DNA from: Bacteroidales bacterium
GTDB lineage: Bacteria; Bacteroidota; Bacteroidia; Bacteroidales; FEN-979
Reading direction: 5' to 3'
Assembly (NCBI GenBank): GCA_023231005.1
Contig: JALNWG010000018.1
Span: 2,549-66,548 of the forward strand
DNA length: 64,000 nt
The notes under the pieces were generated by a model, which was not told the origin of the DNA, ran no database searches, and saw only the letters and a program-made list of their open reading frames with translations. Made by a program: the position numbers and the translations under genes. Of the stretch, positions 19,125-28,077 are shown one piece after another; position 1 is the stretch's first letter, and every line of letters starts with the position of its first letter.

Positions 19125-20423
19125 ATGATGACGCTCTCAATAGAAAAGCTGTACTCCCTTTTTCTCCAATACCCTGCAGTATCGACCGACAGCCGACAAA
19201 TCAAGCCAGGGTCTTTGTTTTTTGCCCTCCGGGGTGATTCCTTTAATGGCAATGATTTTGCTGCCGGATCACTTGCCTCAGGAGCCGCGTATGCCGTGGT
19301 TGACGAGAAAAATGTAGCCACAAGCGATCAATTTATTGTTGTGGAAGATGTGCTTACAACCCTTCAAGATTTAGCCCGGTTCCATCGAAATCAATTCGAT
19401 ATTCCGGTAATGGCCATCACGGGAACCAATGGTAAAACAACAACCAAAGAACTGATCTTCTCCGTTTTATCAAAAAAATACCAGACCCTGGCTACCCGTG
19501 GAAATCTGAACAACCACATCGGAGTTCCCCTCACCTTGCTCAACCTCAATGCCAGCACCGAAATGGCAATTATCGAAATGGGAGCCAATCATCCGGGCGA
19601 GATCGGATTTCTCTGCAATATTGTCCACCCTACCCATGGTCTCATCACCAATATCGGAAAAGCTCACCTTGAAGGATTTGGAAACTTTGAAGGAGTAATC
19701 CAAACCAAAACCGAACTATACCGGTATATCAGCGAACATCATGGAAAATTGTTTGTTCATAACAACAATGACCTCTTGATGAAACTTGCTCCATCCACAC
19801 ACTGTATCCAATATGGAACCGCCCCTGCCGACCTGGTCATGCATGATTTCACTTCCGATCCCTTTGTAACAGTCACCGTGGATTTTCGCAACCATCCCTC
19901 CACCAGGATACAATCGCAACTCTATGGACGGTATAATGTTCCCAATATCCTGGCTGCTGCCTGTACCGGTTATTATTTCGATGTCCCTTCCGGGGATATC
20001 AAATCGGCTATTGAATCATACCAGCCCGGAAATAACCGTTCCCAAATTCATCCTACGAAAAATAATGTATTGATCCTGGATGCTTATAACGCCAATCCGA
20101 CCAGCATGGAAACTGCATTGAAAACCTTTGCTGATACCAGTTACCCGAATAAAACCGTAATCCTTGGCGATATGCTCGAACTTGGCGTTGATTCGGATGA
20201 TGAACACAATAAAATTCTTGAATTGCTCAACCGTTTGGCCTTTCCTCAGGTTTATCTCGTTGGGCCATCCTTCACCCGATTGAATACCCGGCGGGATAAC
20301 ATTTGCTTTCAGGACAGCGACCTGGCAAAATTATGGTTGGACCATCACAGAATCAATCAGGCAACGATCTTGATTAAAGGCTCCCGGGGTATCCGGCTGG
20401 AGAAACTGGTGGAATCATTCTAA
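19125..20423 (+). CDS. murF: UDP-N-acetylmuramoyl-tripeptide--D-alanyl-D-alanine ligase
   Basis: 432 aa with the Mur-ligase P-loop ITGTNGKTTTKE and the motifs EMGANHPGEI and DAYNANPTSM. Confidence 0.9.
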   Translation: MMTLSIEKLYSLFLQYPAVSTDSRQIKPGSLFFALRGDSFNGNDFAAGSLASGAAYAVVDEKNVATSDQFIVVEDVLTTLQDLARFHRNQFDIPVMAITGTNGKTTTKELIFSVLSKKYQTLATRGNLNNHIGVPLTLLNLNASTEMAIIEMGANHPGEIGFLCNIVHPTHGLITNIGKAHLEGFGNFEGVIQTKTELYRYISEHHGKLFVHNNNDLLMKLAPSTHCIQYGTAPADLVMHDFTSDPFVTVTVDFRNHPSTRIQSQLYGRYNVPNILAAACTGYYFDVPSGDIKSAIESYQPGNNRSQIHPTKNNVLILDAYNANPTSMETALKTFADTSYPNKTVILGDMLELGVDSDDEHNKILELLNRLAFPQVYLVGPSFTRLNTRRDNICFQDSDLAKLWLDHHRINQATILIKGSRGIRLEKLVESF

Positions 20424-20558
20424 CTAAATTTTCACTATTTTTGTATTATCTTTTCCCTTTTTCTTCGATTATACTGAAGACTATAAGAAATTTGGCAGTT
20501 ATATCAATAGATCTATATACTCTTTAAGATCAAAAACGGAGAAACAAAGGCAAATAAT

Positions 20559-21620
20559 TTGACCCAGTACCGGATCATCGGATTAATGTCGGGAACCAGC
20601 CTTGACGGGCTTGATATCGCCTATTGTACATTTGAACACCAGCCATCTTCGTGGAAATATCATATCATCCGGGCAGAAACGATCCCATATTCCATTGAAT
20701 GGGCCAAACGCCTTAGAAGCGCCGAAAAATCGTCGGCCTTTGAATTTGTTCAAACAGACATTGATTTCGGCCATTTATCCGGACAATTAACCCGACAGTT
20801 TATTGAAAAGCATCAACTGATTCCTGATTTTATTGCTTCTCACGGACATACAATTTTTCATCAACCCGAAAAAAAAATCACTTCCCAGATTGGCTGCGGA
20901 GCCGCCATTGCCGCAGAAACCGGAATTCCGGTTGTTTGTGACTTTCGCTCCATTGATGTGGCTCTTGGAGGTCAGGGAGCGCCACTTGTTCCGATCGGGG
21001 ACAAGCTCCTCTTTCCCGATTTTGAATTCTGCCTGAACCTAGGCGGATTCGCCAATATATCTTTTGATGATCTCGGACAACGGATAGCCTATGATGTATG
21101 CCCTGTTAATATTGTCCTCAACGACCTTGCTGCCCGGGAAGGGTATCCCTATGACCCCGAAGGATCCCTGGCACGTAAAGGTTCTGTAAACCCTCCTCTT
21201 CTTGAAAAATTAAACAATCTGCCCTGGTATCATCTTGATCCGCCAAAATCGTTAGGCAGGGAGTGGGTTTTGGAAAACATTATTCCCTTGTTTACTTCTC
21301 CGGGGTTATCTACATTCGATCTTCTCGCTACTTTCTGTGAGCATATTGCCATTCAAATTGCTACCGTTACCGGTAAGGAAAAGCATCACCGGGTGTTAAT
21401 CACAGGAGGAGGTGCCATGAATCAATTTCTGACAGAACGCATCCGGCACCACGTTATTTCTCCTATTGTTATTCCGGATACGCTTACCATTAATTTTAAA
21501 GAGGCCCTTATATTTGCCTTTCTGGGATTGCTCCGCTGGAGCAACGAGAACAATTGCCTGAAATCTGTAACCGGAGCGTCAATAGACCACTCCGGCGGTT
21601 GTATTTATCGTCCAATATGA
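20559..21620 (+). CDS. anmK: Anhydro-N-acetylmuramic acid kinase
   Basis: 353 aa with a TTG start. The N-terminus RIIGLMSGTSLDGLDIAYC is the AnmK signature, and GGGAMNQFL lies near the C-terminus. Confidence 0.9.
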   Translation: MTQYRIIGLMSGTSLDGLDIAYCTFEHQPSSWKYHIIRAETIPYSIEWAKRLRSAEKSSAFEFVQTDIDFGHLSGQLTRQFIEKHQLIPDFIASHGHTIFHQPEKKITSQIGCGAAIAAETGIPVVCDFRSIDVALGGQGAPLVPIGDKLLFPDFEFCLNLGGFANISFDDLGQRIAYDVCPVNIVLNDLAAREGYPYDPEGSLARKGSVNPPLLEKLNNLPWYHLDPPKSLGREWVLENIIPLFTSPGLSTFDLLATFCEHIAIQIATVTGKEKHHRVLITGGGAMNQFLTERIRHHVISPIVIPDTLTINFKEALIFAFLGLLRWSNENNCLKSVTGASIDHSGGCIYRPI

Positions 21621-22912
21621 GCTATCAAGAAACAATTGACTATTTATTTTCTCAACTACCCATGTATCACCGGGTAGGTGCTGCAGCCTACAAAGCCAAC
21701 CTCGACAATACCGTTGCGCTATGCAACCTGTTAAACAATCCCCATCATTCCTTTAAAACCATTCACGTAACCGGCACCAATGGCAAAGGGTCGGTTTCAC
21801 ACATGCTGGCCTCCATTTTACAAACAGCTGGTTTTCGTACTGGTTTATATACCTCGCCTCACCTGAAAGATTTCAGAGAAAGGATCAGAGTAAATGGAAA
21901 GATGATTGTAAGAAGTTATGTATCGCAATTCGTCGAAAAACATCATTCGGAATTTGAAAAAATCCAGCCGTCATTTTTTGAAATGGCGGTTGGTTTAGCG
22001 TTTCAGTATTTCAAAGATCAACAAGTCGATATTGCCGTAATAGAGGTTGGATTGGGTGGCAGGCTTGATTCGACCAATGTTATTCAACCGGAAGTTTCCG
22101 TCATTACCAATGTCAGTTTTGATCACATGCAGTTTTTGGGCGATACCCTCCAAAAAATTGCCATGGAAAAAGCCGGGATCATTAAGCCCGGAGTCCCTGT
22201 GATCATCGGAGAAACCCAGGAAGAAATCAGGGATCTTTTTATCCGGCAGGCAAAACTGCTTCATTCCCCCATTTTTTTTGCTGATCAATTGTTCTCTATC
22301 TCCAAATTTGATTTACATGAAAAAATTCCAGGGCGAAGCGTACTGGATGTAAATCATAATGGAACAGTTTGTTTCAAACGATTGATATCTCCTCTGGCAG
22401 GTTTATATCAAAAGAAAAATATTGTAACCGTTCTGGCCGTCTGTGAATTGCTTAACCAATCGGGGTATGAATTATCAAACCCCATTATCCGTAAGGGAAT
22501 TCAGGATGTCATCAAAAACACAAAACTGGCTGGCCGTTGGCAAGTTCTTAACCGCCATCCGCTCACCATTTGCGATACGGGGCATAATGAAGGCGGATTA
22601 ACGGAAGTTCTTGCCCAGATTGCTCAAACCCCACACCGGAAACTTCATTTTGTATTCGGAGTCGTTAACGACAAATATCTGCCTCCGATTTTAACCATGC
22701 TCCCAAAAACAGCCCGGTATTATTTTTGTAAACCTGATATTCCACGGGGACTGGAGGTCAAAGAGCTGGCATCAAAAGCCCATGCAGCTGGACTTACAGG
22801 AAAATGTTATTCCAGTGTTAAAGAGGCTCTGATGGCTGCAAAAAAAGAAGCGGACAATGAAGATATGATCTATATTGGCGGAAGCACCTTTGTAGTGGCA
22901 GAAGTTATTTAG
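21617..22912 (+). CDS. folC: Bifunctional folylpolyglutamate synthase / dihydrofolate synthase
   Basis: The track ORF begins at 21554. The conserved N-terminus MSYQETIDYLFSQLPMYHRVG starts at ATG 21617, which overlaps the anmK stop (ATGA). The P-loop VTGTNGKGS is present. Confidence 0.9.
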   Translation: MSYQETIDYLFSQLPMYHRVGAAAYKANLDNTVALCNLLNNPHHSFKTIHVTGTNGKGSVSHMLASILQTAGFRTGLYTSPHLKDFRERIRVNGKMIVRSYVSQFVEKHHSEFEKIQPSFFEMAVGLAFQYFKDQQVDIAVIEVGLGGRLDSTNVIQPEVSVITNVSFDHMQFLGDTLQKIAMEKAGIIKPGVPVIIGETQEEIRDLFIRQAKLLHSPIFFADQLFSISKFDLHEKIPGRSVLDVNHNGTVCFKRLISPLAGLYQKKNIVTVLAVCELLNQSGYELSNPIIRKGIQDVIKNTKLAGRWQVLNRHPLTICDTGHNEGGLTEVLAQIAQTPHRKLHFVFGVVNDKYLPPILTMLPKTARYYFCKPDIPRGLEVKELASKAHAAGLTGKCYSSVKEALMAAKKEADNEDMIYIGGSTFVVAEVI

Positions 22913-23001
22913 ATTTCGTGACACTACTGATGTTCCTGCCAGCCGGCAAGGCAGGAATACTGGATGGGTATAAAAACGTGATCAAAGTTGGATGGTCCAT
23001 G

Positions 23002-23205
23002 TTAGCCGCCGGAGATGAGGTGCAGCACCTGAACATCATCCCCTTCTTTTACTGTGGCAGTTTCATACTCCGGTTTGTTGATCAGCTTGCCGTTTATCTT
23101 AACAACCAGCATTTTAAACGTGAAATTTTTCACTTTCAGCAATTCCGAAACTGTAAGCAAATCCCCGCTTACCACTTCCGAAGTATTATTTAAAGTAACC
23201 TTCAT
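23002..23205 (-). CDS. thiS: ThiS/MoaD-family ubiquitin-like sulfur carrier protein
   Basis: 67 aa ending ..VQVLHLISGG (C-terminal Gly-Gly). Its start overlaps the stop of the upstream ThiF-like gene (TAATG). Confidence 0.7.
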   Translation of the reverse strand: MKVTLNNTSEVVSGDLLTVSELLKVKNFTFKMLVVKINGKLINKPEYETATVKEGDDVQVLHLISGG

Positions 23206-23825
23206 TATAAACCTTGCTTAACACCATTTAATAATAATTCCATTGTCACGTTTGCCTGCATATTGGCCACTATTCCGACTCTTGGAGCCAGGGGTGGGCA
23301 ATCCGGGGCAATTTCAGTAACTTCATCTCCGCAAATATAAAGATTATCCGACTGGCGTAAATGAATCGTGTCATTTTCACCCCATCCAGCCATTCCCAGC
23401 CCCACCACCAGCGGTATTGAAGGCATTTCTGTTAAAATGGTTTCAATGAACAACTGCTTTTGGTCAGCAAGGTCAAAGGCCTCAATAACCACGTCGCACC
23501 CATTGAAAATCACTGGAATATTTGCGCTTGTTAAGCGGAGATCATGAGGTTGTATCTTGATCAGCGGGTTTATCCGGGAGATGTTGTCCTGCAAGGCAAG
23601 GACTTTTTTCGTCCCGATCTGATCACGGAAAAAATATTGCCGGTTCAGGTTACCCTCGGAAATCACATCGAAATCAACAATTATCAACGTACCAATACCG
23701 ACCCTGGCCAAAGCGATGGCACAATTGGAGCCAAGTCCGCCACATCCGGCAATTCCTACTGTTTTAGTCGACAACGCTTCTTTTATTTGATTAAATGTCA
23801 ACTTTTTCATAATTAGGTATGGCAA
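23205..23825 (-). CDS. thiF: ThiF-family (short E1-like) sulfur-carrier adenylyltransferase
   Basis: 206 aa with the Rossmann motif VGIAGCGGLGSNCAIALARVGIG and NLNRQ. It is the short ThiF type and is translationally coupled to the ThiS-like gene. An alternative start is M at 23810. Confidence 0.7.
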   Translation of the reverse strand: MPYLIMKKLTFNQIKEALSTKTVGIAGCGGLGSNCAIALARVGIGTLIIVDFDVISEGNLNRQYFFRDQIGTKKVLALQDNISRINPLIKIQPHDLRLTSANIPVIFNGCDVVIEAFDLADQKQLFIETILTEMPSIPLVVGLGMAGWGENDTIHLRQSDNLYICGDEVTEIAPDCPPLAPRVGIVANMQANVTMELLLNGVKQGL

Positions 23826-23892
23826 GTGAAACTATTGTTGATTTTTTCGGTTATCTATACAAAGATAACACTTTTTGAATTCACGAATTCAC

Positions 23893-23900
23893 TACTTTTG
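23893..23900 (+). promoter_or_regulatory. Candidate -7 promoter element (TActTTTG) upstream of the carboxyltransferase gene
   Basis: TActTTTG matches TAnnTTTG and lies about 50 nt upstream of ATG 23953. It is preceded by the tandem octamer GAATTCAC GAATTCAC (23877-23892) and by TTTG at 23874-23877, a spacing of only 15 nt. Confidence 0.3.
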
Positions 23901-23952
23901 CATAACTATTGTTCATTTTCAATTCATATATTCCATTGTCAATTTCCCGACC

Positions 23953-25689
23953 ATGATAAATAAAACACTTAAAATCAGAGATCTAACCCTTCGTGACGGT
24001 CAACAATCGCTCTTTGCAACGCGGATGAACCAGGATCAGGTAGATCGTGTACTCCCTTATTATAAGAAGTCTGGCTTTTATGCCATGGAAGTTTGGGGGG
24101 GTGCTGTACCTGATTCCATTATGCGTTATTTGTCGGAAAATCCATGGACGCGTTTGGAAACAATAAAAGAAGCCGTTGGGGAATCCCCGAAGCTTACAGC
24201 CCTTTCCCGTGGCCGTAATTTGTTTGGATATAATCCATATCCGGAAGAAGTCATTGAAGGGTTCTGTCGTTTAGCCGTCAAATCCGGGATCGGAATCATG
24301 CGGATATTCGATGCGTTGAATGATGTGGACAACATGAAATCCACCATAAAATATGTGAAACAAAACGGGGGCATTGCCGATTGTGCTATTAGTTACACGG
24401 TGGATCCCAAATTTTCGACCCGTCAGAAATTCCGTTCCTGGGTCCATTTCAAAGCTCTTCCTCACGACATCTTCACCATCGATTATTTTGTCGAAAAAGC
24501 CCGTCAAATGGAAGCCCTGGGCGCTGACATGATTTCCATCAAGGATATGGCCGGACTGATTACCCCGGTAAAGGCCGGCCAACTGATCCGCCGGCTCAAA
24601 GAAGAGGTCCGTGTTCCTATTGATTTTCACACCCATGATACACCCGGGTTTGGCCTTGCCTCTGTCCTTTCGGCCATTGTCAACGGGGTCGATATTGTAG
24701 ATACCAACATTTGGAATTTCGCCGGAGGTCCGGCGGCACCAGCCTACGAACTAATCCATATTTTCTGCGAAAAGTTGGGAATCGATACCGGCGTGAACCT
24801 TGATGCAGTCACAGCCATTAACAAGGAGCTGAAAACAATCCGGGAAGAACTTTCGGATTTCGATACCTGTAAAGTTTTTCCAAACGAATTTGATTTCACC
24901 AAGAATAAACTTCCAAAAGAGGTCAACAAGCTTTTTGTCAAAGCCATTTATATGGCCAAACACGATCGGGAAGAAGAACTCCTTAGCGCTTGCCTGGAAA
25001 TTGAAAAATATTTCAATTTTCCTGAACCGGATGAAATGGTTCGCCGTGCAGAAATTCCCGGAGGAATGTACACCAATATGCTGGCTCAGCTCAAACAACT
25101 TAAACTCGATCATCTTCTTCCTCGGGTACTCGAACTCGTACCGCTGGTCCGAATAAAATCAGGATGCCCCCCCTTGGTTACCCCTACCAGTCAGATTGTG
25201 GGCGTTCAAGCCGTTAATTGTGTGATTGATGAAAACAAAGACCAACCTTTCTTTACCACTAAATCGATCCAATTCGTCAACCTGGTAAAGGGAATTTACG
25301 GACATACTCCCATCCCGGTTGATCCTGATTTCCGGGAACAACTAACCGGCGTTAGAGAAGAAACTCCTTATGATACTAAAAACTACAAGAAACAGGAGAA
25401 TACCATATTCGAAGAGTATGGCGATATGAAATTAGCCGAAAATGAAAAGGATGAACTTCTCCTTGAGCTCTTCCCTACCGTAGCACGCGATTTCCTGCAA
25501 AATATAGTAGAAGAAAAATATACTGAAAATATTCACGCCATCGAAGAGGAAAAACGAAGGAAAGCTCGGGAAGCTCGGGAAGCGTATGAACGCCTTACCC
25601 CTCAGGAAAAACGGGACCGGCTGATGCAGGGACTGTATAGCTGGACCGACCTCTCGTTTCCTGAGGAGGAAAACCTGGGGAGATCATGA
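23953..25689 (+). CDS. Pyruvate/oxaloacetate carboxyltransferase (transcarboxylase 5S / OadA-like) lacking a biotinyl domain
   Basis: The conserved N-terminus MINKTLKIRDLTLRDGQQSLFATRM (HMGL-like TIM barrel) starts at 23953, not at the track start 23875. DFHTHDTPGFG is present. The C-terminus (..EEKRRKAREAREAYERLT..) is charged and helical and has no (A/V)MKM biotinylation motif. Confidence 0.8.
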   Translation: MINKTLKIRDLTLRDGQQSLFATRMNQDQVDRVLPYYKKSGFYAMEVWGGAVPDSIMRYLSENPWTRLETIKEAVGESPKLTALSRGRNLFGYNPYPEEVIEGFCRLAVKSGIGIMRIFDALNDVDNMKSTIKYVKQNGGIADCAISYTVDPKFSTRQKFRSWVHFKALPHDIFTIDYFVEKARQMEALGADMISIKDMAGLITPVKAGQLIRRLKEEVRVPIDFHTHDTPGFGLASVLSAIVNGVDIVDTNIWNFAGGPAAPAYELIHIFCEKLGIDTGVNLDAVTAINKELKTIREELSDFDTCKVFPNEFDFTKNKLPKEVNKLFVKAIYMAKHDREEELLSACLEIEKYFNFPEPDEMVRRAEIPGGMYTNMLAQLKQLKLDHLLPRVLELVPLVRIKSGCPPLVTPTSQIVGVQAVNCVIDENKDQPFFTTKSIQFVNLVKGIYGHTPIPVDPDFREQLTGVREETPYDTKNYKKQENTIFEEYGDMKLAENEKDELLLELFPTVARDFLQNIVEEKYTENIHAIEEEKRRKAREAREAYERLTPQEKRDRLMQGLYSWTDLSFPEEENLGRS

Positions 25690-25761
25690 TTCTTTTCCGA
25701 TATGCAAAAATAAACATATCGAACTTTTTGATTTACTTGTTATTAGATTGATTTTATTTGA

Positions 25762-25769
25762 TATTTTTG
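25762..25769 (+). promoter_or_regulatory. Candidate -7 promoter element (TAttTTTG) upstream of AOR gene
   Basis: TAttTTTG lies 28 nt upstream of ATG 25798 in an AT-rich 108-nt spacer. The -33 element is poorly defined. Confidence 0.3.
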
Positions 25770-25797
25770 TTCTCCGAGAAACAAAAATGCTTTTGAT

Positions 25798-27957
25798 ATG
25801 ACATTCGAAGATTTTAAAAAGACACATGCGCTGCTAACACAGTACAGTTATACCTGGGCCCCAATTGATAAGGGTTATAACAACCGTACGATCCACATCA
25901 ATGTTGGAGATCGCTCCATCCGCGAAAAACCCGTTTCCCAGCAAATGAAAGAGAAATTCATTGGTGGCAAAGGGTTTGATCTCCGGCTATTATGGGATGC
26001 CACCAATCCCAAAACACAGTGGAACGACCCCGACAATGAGATTGTTATTTCGGGTGGCCCTTGTTGTGGCATTACCCAATATTCCGGTTCCGGAAAAGCC
26101 ATCTGTTGTACCATCAGTCCGGAAACCGATATCGTAGTGGATTCAAATGTCGGCGGTTTTTTTGGCCCTTTCCTGAAATTCTGCGGATTCGATGCCATTG
26201 AGCTACAGGGGAAATCAGACCGTGACGTTATGGTGCTGTTTGACGAAGAGCGCTCGGTGATTGAAATTTATGAAGCCGCCGACCTGCCCTCCGATAGTCA
26301 CATTCTTGCTGAAGTATTGCATGACATGATTGCCAATCCGGGCAATGAAAAGGACAAGTATAATGTTGCCGTTGTGTCGGCAGGCACTGCCGCCGAACAC
26401 TCCCTGATCGGAATGCTTAATTTTTCGTTTTATGATATCAAACGAAAAAAAATCCGGCTGAAACAAGCCGGCCGCGGAGGTATCGGAACTGTACTGCGCG
26501 ATAAAAAGATCAAAGCCGTTGTAGCCCATGTAAAAACGATCGGAGGAAACCGGAACAATGTGGTGAACCTCGAAGCAATCCAGGAACGGGGCCGCCGTTT
26601 CAATAAGGAAATGCGGGAATTGGATGACAAACAATGCGAAATGCGTTCGAAAGGAACTGCCCACCTTACCCACATTATGAATGACTATGACCTGCTACCG
26701 GTCAAAAATTTCAAGTTTGGAAGTCACCCGGATGCATATAAAATCCGGGGAGATGTCTGGAAATCTTTTTTCACACAGAATGTTCCTGACGGATGCTGGG
26801 TTGGTTGCAATATGGCTTGCGCCAAGGGAGTCGATAATTACGAACTCCGCACAGGCCCTTACAAAGGAGATAAAGTGATTGTAGATGGTCCGGAATATGA
26901 AACCACCTCCTCCCTCGGATCCGTCGCCGGAATCTTCAATCCCGATTATACCATCGAAGCCAATTTTTATTGTGATACCTATGGCATTTGTACCATTAGC
27001 TGGGGAACCATCCTCGGTTTTATTATGGAGTGCTATGAAAACGGCATATTGAATGAAGAACGTACCGGAGGTTTGAAACTCAACTTTGGGAACTCCGATG
27101 CTGCCATGGAACTCCTTCACCGGGTTTCACGCGGAGAAGGGTTCGGATTGATTGCAGGACAAGGGATCCGGAAAATGAAAGCGTTGTTTGCCAAGAATGG
27201 ATGGGGTGATGCTGCCTTTATGCAAGATATTGGAATGGAAAATAAAGGACTTGAATATTCCCAATACGTTTCAAAAGAATCACTCGCCCAGCAAGGCGGA
27301 TATGCCATGACCAACAAAGGCCCGCAACACGATGAAGCCTGGCTGATCTTCATGGATATGGTCAACAACCAAATCCCCACTTTTGATAAAAAAGCTGAAG
27401 CGCTCCATTACTTTCCGATGTTCCGTACCTGGTTTGGATTGGCTGGCTTCTGTAAGCTGCCTTGGAATGATGTGGAACCAGAGGACAATGCAAAAACCTC
27501 AGAACCTGCTAAAGTCCCCGAACATGTCGACAACTACGTAACCATCTTCAATGCCGTAACCGGAGCCAACATCGATAAAGCTGAAATCATCCGCCAGTCG
27601 GAACGGGTCTATAACTTTCAGCGTATTTTCAGCATCCGTCGCGGATATGGCCTTAGAAAAAACGATGCTCAACCTTATCGGGCCTGCGGCCCTGTGACCA
27701 AAGAAGAATACGAATCGCGCGCCGAACGTTACGATAAACAATTGTTGGAACAGATCAACTTTGACCCTGCCGGAAAAACAACAGAAGAGAAAATGAAAGT
27801 ACTACGCGCCTATCGCGAAAACCGTTATGAACAACTTCTCGACGCTGTGTATGAACGCAGGGGCTGGAACAAAAACGGAGTCCCAAAAATCGAACACCTC
27901 AAAAAACTCGGAATGGACCTCCCTGAACTGCTGGAGGTGATTACACCACTTCAATAG
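25798..27957 (+). CDS. Aldehyde:ferredoxin oxidoreductase (AOR) family tungsto/molybdo-pterin enzyme
   Basis: 719 aa. The AOR N-domain is GYNNRTIHINVGD..FIGGKGFDLRLLWD..GPCCG. A Cys cluster GCWVGCNMAC is followed by the conserved DGPEYETTSSLGS. The long C-terminal alpha-helical domains are typical of the family. Confidence 0.85.
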   Translation: MTFEDFKKTHALLTQYSYTWAPIDKGYNNRTIHINVGDRSIREKPVSQQMKEKFIGGKGFDLRLLWDATNPKTQWNDPDNEIVISGGPCCGITQYSGSGKAICCTISPETDIVVDSNVGGFFGPFLKFCGFDAIELQGKSDRDVMVLFDEERSVIEIYEAADLPSDSHILAEVLHDMIANPGNEKDKYNVAVVSAGTAAEHSLIGMLNFSFYDIKRKKIRLKQAGRGGIGTVLRDKKIKAVVAHVKTIGGNRNNVVNLEAIQERGRRFNKEMRELDDKQCEMRSKGTAHLTHIMNDYDLLPVKNFKFGSHPDAYKIRGDVWKSFFTQNVPDGCWVGCNMACAKGVDNYELRTGPYKGDKVIVDGPEYETTSSLGSVAGIFNPDYTIEANFYCDTYGICTISWGTILGFIMECYENGILNEERTGGLKLNFGNSDAAMELLHRVSRGEGFGLIAGQGIRKMKALFAKNGWGDAAFMQDIGMENKGLEYSQYVSKESLAQQGGYAMTNKGPQHDEAWLIFMDMVNNQIPTFDKKAEALHYFPMFRTWFGLAGFCKLPWNDVEPEDNAKTSEPAKVPEHVDNYVTIFNAVTGANIDKAEIIRQSERVYNFQRIFSIRRGYGLRKNDAQPYRACGPVTKEEYESRAERYDKQLLEQINFDPAGKTTEEKMKVLRAYRENRYEQLLDAVYERRGWNKNGVPKIEHLKKLGMDLPELLEVITPLQ

Positions 27958-28077
27958 AAACATCAATATTTCCTTCCTTATCAGGTAAGTAACTTGTCCT
28001 GAAATTTTTGACATTTTAGGAGTTGTAAATTGATGCATATCGCTAAATAGACTATTTTTGTTTGGCAATTATCGTGC

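Noticed and set aside
21554-21616. Longer N-terminal extensions offered by the ORF track for folC. The same question arises for the carboxyltransferase (23875-23952), mutS2 (53777-53815) and the UpxY-like gene (63214-63282).
   Set aside because: The extensions are non-conserved or hydrophobic junk, or they overlap upstream genes. The conserved family N-termini begin at internal ATGs (21617, 23953, 53816, 63283).
22933-22957. GC-rich hairpin TTCCTGCC-N9-GGCAGGAA between convergent folC and thiS, considered as a bidirectional terminator.
   Set aside because: There is no T-run on either side, so I did not call it as a feature. It may still be a Rho-dependent or structural element.
22918-23193. 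91-aa + strand ORF overlapping the ThiS-like gene.
   Set aside because: The opposite-strand 67-aa ORF has the ThiS/MoaD fold pattern and a C-terminal GG, and it is translationally coupled to ThiF. The + strand ORF has no support.
25690-25797. Looked for a molybdenum-cofactor (Moco/Tuco) riboswitch upstream of the AOR gene. I also checked upstream of wtpA (27958-28077) and moaC (38208-38323).
   Set aside because: The spacers are short, AT-rich and show no conserved multi-stem structure. The only resemblance is the word CTCCGAG at about 25771-25777. That is not enough to call, and a covariance-model scan would be decisive.
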